Source: an uncultured Eubacteriales bacterium (GTDB taxonomy: Bacteria > Bacillota > Clostridia > Christensenellales > Pumilibacteraceae). From it: a stretch of DNA of 64,000 nt. The stretch is from assembly GCA_949292715.1 (NCBI GenBank), contig CASFAN010000002.1:3534-67533 (forward strand), in the 5' to 3' direction. The position numbers were made by a program, and so were the translations under genes. Under the pieces are notes generated by a model. That model ran no database searches. It was given only the letters and a program-made list of their open reading frames with translations, and was not told the origin of the DNA. How positions within the stretch are numbered: the first letter of the stretch is position 1; each line of letters starts with the position of its first letter. Shown piece after piece: positions 9,369-17,362 of this stretch.

Positions 9369-10427
9369 ATGAAAGCATCGGATTATGTAATCGGAGTAAA
9401 TGACGAGCACGGGCAGAATCCGCCTACCGTAGGCAAAAGAACCCCCGTAATGCCCTACCTCGACAGAAGCATTTACGAAAACGAATTCAACAGACCCGCC
9501 AAAATTTATTTCGCGATAGCTTTGCTGAGGTGCGGATTCCGCATTCTCGACATCCATCCCGAGATCACCGATATTCCTATCTCTACGCGCGTATCGCGAG
9601 CCAACGCCGGCAATCTCACATATCTCGTTACCTTTGCATACAACGCTTTCGGGAACGGAAATACTTTCAATACGGCAAGCGGTCTGCTCACTTACTATTC
9701 GCGCTCGTCGCGGCGTTTGTCCGAAAGTCGCGCGCTTGCCGAGGAACTTTATTCCGCGATAGTGGAAAACTCTTTGCAAGATAACGGGCGCGGAGTATCG
9801 ACCCTTACCGACGTAGGAGTGCTTCAATCGGTTAACTGCCCTTCCGCATTGATAGAAGCCGGCTTTATGACGAACCTACGCGAAGCGAGACTTATGCTCG
9901 ATCCGGATTGGCAAAAGTCAATCGGTTTCAGCGCGTGTCAGGGAGTTGCAAACGCTCTTTCGCTGCCGTATTTCGGCGAAGGAAATCCGTCCGCCTATCC
10001 CGTTATAAGAAAAGGAAGCCGTAACGCCTACGTAACGATAGCCCAATATTATCTCATCTTAAACGGCAAAAATTTAGCCGCTGACGGGATTTTCGGCAGC
10101 GCCACACAATCTGCCGTAATAGACTTCCAAAGGCGAAACGGACTCACTCAGGACGGCATAATAGGCAAACAAACATGGACCAAGCTCGTACTTCCCACTC
10201 CTTCCGCATACGTTCTCAAAACGGGCAGTTCAGGCAGCGCGGTAAGATACGCGCAGAAAAAACTGCTCAGTAAACTGTATCCGCTGGGCGTGGACGGGAT
10301 TTTCGGCGAACAGACCGACAATGCCGTTAAGCTTTTTCAGACCGAATCAGGACTTACACCCGACGGTATAATCGGTCCCCTTACATGGTCAGTACTTACG
10401 GGACTTTCCTCCCCTCGCGACAGATAA
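9369..10427 (+). CDS. N-acetylmuramoyl-L-alanine amidase with two peptidoglycan-binding repeats
   Basis: Amidase_3-like core (...CPSALIEAGFMTN...) plus two PG_binding_1-like repeats (DGIFGSATQSAVIDFQRRNGLTQDGIIGKQTW and DGIFGEQTDNAVKLFQTESGLTPDGIIGPLTW). No N-terminal signal peptide. Confidence 0.85.
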   Translation: MKASDYVIGVNDEHGQNPPTVGKRTPVMPYLDRSIYENEFNRPAKIYFAIALLRCGFRILDIHPEITDIPISTRVSRANAGNLTYLVTFAYNAFGNGNTFNTASGLLTYYSRSSRRLSESRALAEELYSAIVENSLQDNGRGVSTLTDVGVLQSVNCPSALIEAGFMTNLREARLMLDPDWQKSIGFSACQGVANALSLPYFGEGNPSAYPVIRKGSRNAYVTIAQYYLILNGKNLAADGIFGSATQSAVIDFQRRNGLTQDGIIGKQTWTKLVLPTPSAYVLKTGSSGSAVRYAQKKLLSKLYPLGVDGIFGEQTDNAVKLFQTESGLTPDGIIGPLTWSVLTGLSSPRDR

Positions 10428-10463
10428 ATGTCAAAATTTATCTCTTGTTATGAAAGAATACGC

Positions 10464-10498
10464 AAAAAGGAATCGGCTTTTCACCGATTCCTTTTTTG
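10464..10498. terminator. bidirectional intrinsic terminator
   Basis: AAAAGGAATCGG-cttttca-CCGATTCCTTTT flanked by A-run and T-run. Lies between the convergent amidase gene and the small-gene cassette. Confidence 0.75.
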
Positions 10499-10540
10499 TA
10501 TCGATACTTTTTCATTCGTTTGAAAATTTTTATTTATAAC

Positions 10541-10840
10541 TCAGCAACCTTTTTTGAAGCCGACTTCATCAACTCTTAAAATGAATATTTCCACATCCGA
10601 CCCTTCGTCTAAATCACCATACATATATCCGTTTTCGTTTTTTGTTTCAGGCCAATAATGAAAGTGATTAAAATCTTTATCGGTAGCATATGCGAGACTG
10701 AGAAAATGTTTCGCCAAAGAAATCAGCCCTGCCTTATTTGCTTCGATAGATATCAGATCTTTACTGCACTTATATGCTCTTAATACCGCATTATTTTCCC
10801 AACAAATGTCGTTATCAGGAAATTCAATATTAATTTTCAT
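10541..10840 (-). CDS. small protein resembling Imm32-type polymorphic-toxin immunity proteins
   Basis: 99 aa with the pattern ANKAGLISLAKHFLSLA...HFHYWPE...GDLDEGSDVEIFILRVD. The family assignment is from memory only. AT-rich gene. Confidence 0.5.
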   Translation of the reverse strand: MKINIEFPDNDICWENNAVLRAYKCSKDLISIEANKAGLISLAKHFLSLAYATDKDFNHFHYWPETKNENGYMYGDLDEGSDVEIFILRVDEVGFKKGC

Positions 10841-10867
10841 TTTAATCCTCCTTTAATCGACTTCAGC

Positions 10868-11476
10868 TCATTCAATATTTATATTAAATTCGCCGACCAA
10901 AGATTTGTCTCTTTCCGTATATCCGTTCAAAGTCCATTTTTGCCTGATTATTTTCAATACTTTTTTCCCTTTCGGAAAAACAACGACAGGGTAGCAATTT
11001 TTTCCGCCCGTATTGAGTTCTTCCGATACGCAATCGAAAGTTGGTTCATTGTCACAATAAGCATAAACAAAAGGAGCGGATTTGTATACATCAACGATCA
11101 ATTTTTCAAAGAAACTCAAAACTTCCGCACGAGTTAAACAACAATATATTGCCTCTTCTCTGAAATCTATCTGCACGGAAAAATATCCGTCAACGCAGTT
11201 CGAAGATAAAATTAACGGCAATTCGAATCCGTTATAAATTGTATCGAAACAGACAGTGAAATAATCCGCTGAAATTAATTTTTCGATATTAATTTTTTTA
11301 TATGAATCTATGACGTTTCCGTAATTAAGGTCATCTTTTTCGAAATATGTATTAACGGCATATCGATCCGATAAAAATTCGGACAATATAAAATTAATGC
11401 AATTTAAAATACCTGTATTGTCGGCTTTCGAATAAACCAAACCAACTCCGATAAAACTTCCTTTATACGTATTCAT
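10868..11476 (-). CDS. hypothetical protein (202 aa)
   Basis: Start set at ATG 11474-11476, which overlaps the upstream stop codon (ATGA). I recognise no motif. AT-rich. Confidence 0.6.
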   Translation of the reverse strand: MNTYKGSFIGVGLVYSKADNTGILNCINFILSEFLSDRYAVNTYFEKDDLNYGNVIDSYKKINIEKLISADYFTVCFDTIYNGFELPLILSSNCVDGYFSVQIDFREEAIYCCLTRAEVLSFFEKLIVDVYKSAPFVYAYCDNEPTFDCVSEELNTGGKNCYPVVVFPKGKKVLKIIRQKWTLNGYTERDKSLVGEFNINIE

Positions 11477-11751
11477 CGACCGCCTGCCTTTCTTTGTTCT
11501 GCCATATTTTCGTTGTTGTTCCCGATATATTTTCCCCAACCGAATTTTTTTACTTCTTTAAGCGAAGCGTAACCGCCCCATTCGAATTCTTCCGTCAGAT
11601 AACGTCGCTCGGATATATCTTCGGGAGTTTTCCATAATGTGTCGCATTCCTCGCAATAAGCATATATCTTGTTACTGTTTTTATCTTTTACCGCAAATAC
11701 ACTTCCGATTTTACACTCAGGACAAGGAAAAAATATTATAACGCAATCCAC
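11473..11751 (-). CDS. small zinc-ribbon protein (92 aa)
   Basis: CPEC-x19-CEEC motif. Start set at GTG 11749-11751, 8 nt after a G8 run that acts as the Shine-Dalgarno. The longer ORF-track version would run through the efp terminator. Confidence 0.6.
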   Translation of the reverse strand: MDCVIIFFPCPECKIGSVFAVKDKNSNKIYAYCEECDTLWKTPEDISERRYLTEEFEWGGYASLKEVKKFGWGKYIGNNNENMAEQRKAGGR

Positions 11752-11782
11752 GATAAATACCCCCCCCTTTAGCAATACGATA

Positions 11783-11816
11783 TAAAAAAGCCGCAAAGCA
11801 CTGCTGCATTGCGGCC
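11783..11816 (-). terminator. efp terminator
   Basis: Minus strand GCCGCAA-tgcagcagtgct-TTGCGGC followed by TTTTTT, 15 nt after the efp stop. Confidence 0.7.
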
Positions 11817-11830
11817 GAATAATTACAAGA

Positions 11831-12388
11831 TTATTTCACTCGGGACATATAAGAACCCGTTCTTGTATCAACGCGGATCTTGTCTCCCGTATTTATAAAC
11901 AGAGGAACCTGTATAGCTGCGCCGGTTTCAAGCGTAGCGGGTTTATTACCTGCCTTGGACGTATCGCCCTGAATGCCGGGTTCGGTCTCCGCAATAGTAA
12001 GTTCTACAAAGTTAGGGGGTTCGACGCTGAAAGGAACGCCTTTATAAGACTGGATCGAAACCATCATTTCGGGAATTATATACTGAAGAGCGTCCTTGCA
12101 TTCGTCGATATTGATATCAATCTGCTCGAAAGTTTCAGGTTCCATAAAATGACAGAAATCGTCGTCAGCATAAAGAAACTGATAATCATGCGTTTCGATC
12201 TTAGCATCGAGAAATTTTTCCGTCGGGTTAAAAGATTCCTCAAGGACCTGTCCCGTCACAACGTTCTTATACTTGGTTCTGACGAAAGCCGAACCTTTAC
12301 CGGGCTTTACATGCTGGAAGTCGACAACGCGGAATACCTTGCCGTCCTTTTCAAAAGTAGAGCCTTTTCTGAAATCACCTGCTACCAT
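11831..12388 (-). CDS. efp: elongation factor P
   Basis: 185 aa, [40 protein letters not shown]. Confidence 0.97.
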   Translation of the reverse strand: MVAGDFRKGSTFEKDGKVFRVVDFQHVKPGKGSAFVRTKYKNVVTGQVLEESFNPTEKFLDAKIETHDYQFLYADDDFCHFMEPETFEQIDINIDECKDALQYIIPEMMVSIQSYKGVPFSVEPPNFVELTIAETEPGIQGDTSKAGNKPATLETGAAIQVPLFINTGDKIRVDTRTGSYMSRVK

Positions 12389-12457
12389 AAATTACTCCTT
12401 GTGTATTTGTTTTGCTCGTAGAAACCGCGTATCCTGACCCGAACAAACGGCTGTCTA

Positions 12458-13498
12458 TTATATAATAATACTTTTCGGGAAAGTTGTCAAGTTCTCTATG
12501 CCGTCTTTTTTAACAACGACCATATCTTCTATTCTTACTCCGAACGTATCGAGATATAAACCGGGTTCAACCGTAACGACGGCATTTTCAGGCAACGCTA
12601 AATCGTTGTATGCCGCAAGACACGGCTCTTCGTGAATATCTATTCCGACTCCGTGTCCGAGAGCATGTCCGAACTCTTTTTCAAAACCGTTCGAGCAAAA
12701 ATACTCCCGGGCAATACTGTCCGCTTCCTTGCCGGTCATTCCCGCCTTGAGAAATTTAAGAACTCTGAGCTGAGCTTCAAGCACAAAAGCATATATTTCC
12801 GAATGTTTGGAAGATGCCTCGCCGTAAACGAACGTGCGCGTCATATCCGAACAATAACCGCCGAAAGACGCCCCTATATCGAAAAGAACTACGTCATCCT
12901 TTTCAAGTTTACGGTCTCCCGCAGTATGGTGGCAATCCGAAGAATTCTCTCCGAACGCAACTATGCTGTCAAAAGCCGTTCCGTCCGCTCCGTTAGTGAG
13001 AAAAAGATATGTCAGTTCTGCCTTTATCTCACGTTCCGTCACGCCGCTTTTAAGAAGAGGCAACGTTTTGGAAAGAGCATATTCCGTTATCGACTGAGCT
13101 TTTTTTATTGCGCTTATCTCATCAGCAGTTTTAATTGAACGAATAAGAGTAAGTTCCGCACTTATACCTTTCAGCGAAAAATCTTTAAAAGCCTTTTTGA
13201 AATCTTTGAAACCGGAAACGGTCATGTAAGCGTCTTCGTAACCGACGGAAGTAATATTCAGATTTTTCAGTTCCGCAATAACTTTTTCGTACAGTTTGCG
13301 CTTGTCGGTTATTACGACGTCGCAATCTTTTACCTTCTGCCGTGCGATAACGGCATAACGAAAATCGGTAAAAAACACTTTTTTGTTTTCGGTCACGAGC
13401 ACGCATCCGAAAGAAGTTTTGAGTCCCGTAAAGTAAAATCTGTTCGATTCGCTGAGCACTACCGCAGCTTCCGTTTTCTTAAATAAAAGTTCGTACAT
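12458..13498 (-). CDS. M24-family Xaa-Pro aminopeptidase/dipeptidase
   Basis: 346 aa with a creatinase-like N-domain plus pita-bread motifs (DIGASFGGYCSDMTRT, HGVGIDIHE, VEPGLY, RIEDMV). Upstream of efp, as for B. subtilis yqhT/papA. Confidence 0.88.
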   Translation of the reverse strand: MYELLFKKTEAAVVLSESNRFYFTGLKTSFGCVLVTENKKVFFTDFRYAVIARQKVKDCDVVITDKRKLYEKVIAELKNLNITSVGYEDAYMTVSGFKDFKKAFKDFSLKGISAELTLIRSIKTADEISAIKKAQSITEYALSKTLPLLKSGVTEREIKAELTYLFLTNGADGTAFDSIVAFGENSSDCHHTAGDRKLEKDDVVLFDIGASFGGYCSDMTRTFVYGEASSKHSEIYAFVLEAQLRVLKFLKAGMTGKEADSIAREYFCSNGFEKEFGHALGHGVGIDIHEEPCLAAYNDLALPENAVVTVEPGLYLDTFGVRIEDMVVVKKDGIENLTTFPKSIII

Positions 13499-13518
13499 AT
13501 TCCGCTCCCCCGCCGTAT

Positions 13519-14358
13519 TTATCGTTTATGACAGTTTTTCATCGACACCGCGTCTTCCGCCTGCGTACCGTCGGATTCGCAAATTATGAAAGGCGTAAGA
13601 CGGTATTCGTCTATAATTTTCGCAAGCCCTTCGTATTCGGGTCCGTACTTATCGTCCGCAAAAGTAAGATGTTTGAGCTCGCCTTTTTCTCCGTACATTA
13701 TTTTGGAAAAATGCACATGGAAATTGCGCGCTTTTTCATCTCCGAGTTTATCCGCGGTATAATCGATTATTCTTTTATAGTCGTCGTATCCTTTTATACC
13801 GCCTCGCGTATAGCTGTTTATGTGACCGAAATCGAAGCAAGGGTAAAGTTTGCCGTCAAGCGTGCAGAAATCGACTATTTCTTCAACTGTGCCGATCTGA
13901 TTGAGTTTTCCCATTGTTTCGGGGCAAAGTATGAAATCGAAATCGATATCTTCGAGATATTCCATAAGCGCCGCGATATTCCGCTTTGCCACCGCTACAG
14001 CCTCTTCCCTCGTAGCTTTTCCGCAGGACGCGGGATGAAAAACCGAACGCACACCGCCGAACATATTTTCCGCAATAATCGTCTGTCGTATGTATCCGAA
14101 CGATTTTTCTATCATTTCGGAATCCGGATTGGCAAAATTAGTATAATAAGGAGCATGCGAACTTATTTCCACATCGGCGGCGGCAAACGCATTGCGTATC
14201 TGTTCCGCGCTCGATTGCGTTATCCGCACCCCGCGCCCGAAAGAATATTCGTACGCGTTAAGACCCTTCGCTTTGACGTATTCCGCGGCTTGATAAGTAT
14301 GCTTTCCGCCTTCGTCATAAAATGACTGTGAATTACCGCTCGGTCCGATTCTCAACAT
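13519..14358 (-). CDS. endonuclease IV (Nfo)-like TIM-barrel protein
   Basis: SSHAPYYTNFANPD, VFHPAS, CPETMGK and CFDFGHINS resemble Nfo/AP-endonuclease-2 motifs. Start set at ATG 14356-14358, preceded by GGGAGG. Confidence 0.6.
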   Translation of the reverse strand: MLRIGPSGNSQSFYDEGGKHTYQAAEYVKAKGLNAYEYSFGRGVRITQSSAEQIRNAFAAADVEISSHAPYYTNFANPDSEMIEKSFGYIRQTIIAENMFGGVRSVFHPASCGKATREEAVAVAKRNIAALMEYLEDIDFDFILCPETMGKLNQIGTVEEIVDFCTLDGKLYPCFDFGHINSYTRGGIKGYDDYKRIIDYTADKLGDEKARNFHVHFSKIMYGEKGELKHLTFADDKYGPEYEGLAKIIDEYRLTPFIICESDGTQAEDAVSMKNCHKR

Positions 14359-15233
14359 AAATCCTCCCATTCCTTGTCTTTTTCTATACGTTCGACAAGT
14401 TCTTCCGCCGTTCTGTACTTTCTAATTGGTCTTATGTATTTATAAAAATACACTACCGCATGTTTGCCCAGTAACGAATCTCCGCTATATCCGAGCAGAT
14501 TGGTTTCCACAGCAAATTTACTCTGCCCGAAAGTAGGGCGCGATCCTACGTTTGTAACCGAACGGTACCGCTTACCGTCTATTTCGGTATACGTCCCGTA
14601 TACGCCGTGCTTGATCTCCATCGCGTCCACCGGCAACGCAAGATTGATAGTCGGAACGCCTATAAAACGCCCGCGCCCGTCACCTGACACGACGTCGCCG
14701 CTGACATGATAAGGAACCGAAAGAAGCTTGCGCGCGGAATCGACGTCACCGGCAATAAGAAAATTCTTTACTGCGGTACTGGAAACCTTCACGCCCTGAT
14801 AAACGTATAACGGCACAACATCAAAACCGATGCCGTGACTTTCGCAATAGTCTTTGAGCTCGCCGATATGACATCCGTCGCATCCGAAACCGTAATCTTC
14901 CCCGCATACGATATGAGCAACGTCGTAAGTACCCGTAAGCTCGTTCAGAAACTCCGCTCCTTTCATCGAATGTACTCGGGAATAATAAAGAGTCAGACAA
15001 AGCTCGGCTCCGCACTCGTCATAAAGCCTTTTTCTCTCGTGATATGAATATATGGTTTTTTCTTTGTTGGGGCTGTCCGCAAAAGTCGAAATAGCGGGTA
15101 CATAATTCTTCTCGACCGACGTTTTCACAACCCGATCCATTATTTTGCGATGTCCGAGATGCATGCCGTCGAAATATCCGAGTGCAACGCATATTTTCCC
15201 TTTATAAGGTTTGCCGAACTCAACGGTAACCAT
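14352..15233 (-). CDS. ribF: bifunctional riboflavin kinase / FMN adenylyltransferase
   Basis: 293 aa, VALGYFDGMHLGH...GRGRFIGVPTINL... Confidence 0.93.
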   Translation of the reverse strand: MVTVEFGKPYKGKICVALGYFDGMHLGHRKIMDRVVKTSVEKNYVPAISTFADSPNKEKTIYSYHERKRLYDECGAELCLTLYYSRVHSMKGAEFLNELTGTYDVAHIVCGEDYGFGCDGCHIGELKDYCESHGIGFDVVPLYVYQGVKVSSTAVKNFLIAGDVDSARKLLSVPYHVSGDVVSGDGRGRFIGVPTINLALPVDAMEIKHGVYGTYTEIDGKRYRSVTNVGSRPTFGQSKFAVETNLLGYSGDSLLGKHAVVYFYKYIRPIRKYRTAEELVERIEKDKEWEDLC

Positions 15234-16087
15234 TATTTCAGATCTCCTTTGAGATAAGTTTTTATTTTAACGGCTCCGTCGACAACAGTCGCCAGACCGA
15301 TCAACTCGTTTCTGCAATAAAGCGCAAATTCGCCCTTCGGAGCGTCATCAGCAGGATAAGGCACGCCGTTTACAATTTTCTTATATGCGCTTTCGGGCGC
15401 GTCATATCGCTCGATATCGGACAATGCGGTCTCCAAAGGTACTACTATGTCAGGCGTAATATCACCTAATTTTATGCTGTTTTCCGCAAAAAATTTTCCG
15501 CAGCGCGTTCTTTTTATAGACGTCATAACGGCAAGCGAACCGAGCTTTTCAGCCAGGTCTCGGCACAAACTTCTTATGTAAGTGCCGGCAGAACAGTCTA
15601 TGCGGAACAGATATTCGTTTTCACCGATTTCTTTCAGAAGCTCAAACGAGTTCACCGTTATGACCGAGGATTTCAGTTCGACGGCAATTCCCTTTCTCGC
15701 AAGCTCGTAAGCACGAACGCCGCCTACCGATTTCGCGCTGTATAAAGGAGGCAGTTGTTCCTGTTTTCCCACCAAAGAATTCAACGCAGCCGATATAGAC
15801 GAAGCATCGGGTATACTGTTTGTACTGTCGGTAATATTACCCGCTATGTCAAGCGTATCGGAAGATATCCCGAATTTAAAAGTCGCTTCATACGTTTTGC
15901 TTTTACCGAGATAATAATCAAAAAGCCTTGCCCCCTTACCTATGCCGACAAGCAATACGCCCTCGCCTATAGGATCAAGGGTGCCCATGTGTCCCACGTG
16001 CCTGTATCCGAGCGCATGCCTGATTTTTCCGACAGCTGCCGCGCTGGATATTCCGCTCGGTTTATACGCATTTATAATACCGTTCAT
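15233..16087 (-). CDS. truB: tRNA pseudouridine(55) synthase
   Basis: 284 aa, NGIINAYKPSGISS...VGHMGTLDPIGEGVL. Confidence 0.95.
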   Translation of the reverse strand: MNGIINAYKPSGISSAAAVGKIRHALGYRHVGHMGTLDPIGEGVLLVGIGKGARLFDYYLGKSKTYEATFKFGISSDTLDIAGNITDSTNSIPDASSISAALNSLVGKQEQLPPLYSAKSVGGVRAYELARKGIAVELKSSVITVNSFELLKEIGENEYLFRIDCSAGTYIRSLCRDLAEKLGSLAVMTSIKRTRCGKFFAENSIKLGDITPDIVVPLETALSDIERYDAPESAYKKIVNGVPYPADDAPKGEFALYCRNELIGLATVVDGAVKIKTYLKGDLK

Positions 16088-17028
16088 TCTTCCGCGGTAT
16101 CCCTTATTGCTTTGAGAATTTTGTCTATGACGTCTTCTTTTTTACCGCTTATTCTGCAACCCGCAGCATAGATATGTCCGCCTCCGCCAAAAACGCCGGC
16201 AATTTCGTTTACGTCTCTGCCTCTTGAACGGAAGCTTACTTTAAATTCATTGGCTTTTTCTTCACATATGCTCACGCCGATCTCTACGCCTTTGACTGCT
16301 ATTGCATAATCGATAATGCCTTCGGTATCGTTTGAGTCCATATTACATTCCGTAAGCAATCCGACCGTCATCGGGATAATACAAACCGTACCGTTCATGT
16401 AAAAACGCATTGCTTCAATTGACTTGGCAATAAGCATTGTCTTGTTTTTCGAACGGGTTCTGTAAAGTACCGAAGCCAAAGCATGGCAATTTGCACCCGC
16501 CTCCGAAAGTTTATAAGCGGTATATAAAACTTTCGTTGTCGTATTACTGTGCATAAAATGCCCCGTATCGGTCGAAAGCCCCATGAACAGATAGTCTGCG
16601 ATAGCAGGCGTGATTTTACCCGTGCCGCTGAGCAGATCGTAGACGATTTCGCAAGTACTGGAAGCCGTATTAACCACTTTATTGATATCCGCGAAGCCGC
16701 CGTGCCCTTCGTGATGGTCTATGCACACAGTGCTCCCCGCCGTTCTGAAATATCCTTCGAGACGTCCGAGACGGTCTTTGGAAGCACAATCTACCGCAAT
16801 AAACAAATCGTATGATTTAAGAGTAAAAACATTAAAATCATCGATATTGCGTATAAAACGATACGCTTCGGGTACCGGCGACGGACTCGCCGCGTCGGCT
16901 GTTTTTCCCGCATTGCGGCAAAACTCCCGTAATGCGAAGGCAGACCCAAGGCAGTCGCCGTCGGGTCTTACGTGTCCTACTATAAGGACGCTTCGCGCTT
17001 TTTCTATAGCTTCAAGTATCCGATCCAT
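16084..17028 (-). CDS. nrnA: DHH-family phosphoesterase (NrnA-like oligoribonuclease/pAp phosphatase)
   Basis: 314 aa with GHVRPDGDCLGS, DHH (CIDHHEGH) and GGGH motifs. Lies between rbfA and truB. Confidence 0.85.
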   Translation of the reverse strand: MDRILEAIEKARSVLIVGHVRPDGDCLGSAFALREFCRNAGKTADAASPSPVPEAYRFIRNIDDFNVFTLKSYDLFIAVDCASKDRLGRLEGYFRTAGSTVCIDHHEGHGGFADINKVVNTASSTCEIVYDLLSGTGKITPAIADYLFMGLSTDTGHFMHSNTTTKVLYTAYKLSEAGANCHALASVLYRTRSKNKTMLIAKSIEAMRFYMNGTVCIIPMTVGLLTECNMDSNDTEGIIDYAIAVKGVEIGVSICEEKANEFKVSFRSRGRDVNEIAGVFGGGGHIYAAGCRISGKKEDVIDKILKAIRDTAEE

Positions 17029-17362
17029 GGTCGGTGATCTCCTTCAGAATGGAATCGATCTTCCGTCCGTATTCTACGGATGCGTCGATCCTGAACCGAA
17101 GCGCAGGCACCGTACGCATATTACGCATCGACGCGGCGAGTTCTCTGCGAACGAATCCTGCCGACGCATTAAGCGCTTCCGCAGTCGCATCCGCGTCTCC
17201 TATAACGCTGACGTAAACATTGGCATATTTAAGATCTTTCGACACATCCACGGCGGTAACCGTTGTCATCGGAGAAACTTTCGGATTACGCAGTTTATTC
17301 TGCAATATAACAGATATGCTTTTACGAAGTTCTTCCGCGACTCTGTCCGTTTTATAACTCAT
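17012..17362 (-). CDS. rbfA: ribosome-binding factor A
   Basis: 116 aa, RVAEELRKSISVILQNKLRNPK... Confidence 0.93.
   Translation of the reverse strand: MSYKTDRVAEELRKSISVILQNKLRNPKVSPMTTVTAVDVSKDLKYANVYVSVIGDADATAEALNASAGFVRRELAASMRNMRTVPALRFRIDASVEYGRKIDSILKEITDHGSDT

Noticed and set aside
10499-11830. Possibility that the AT-rich cassette is a mobile element or prophage remnant
   Set aside because: No integrase, transposase or recombinase is present. No flanking direct or inverted repeats could be recognised and no tRNA target is nearby. It is therefore called only a probable horizontally acquired cassette.
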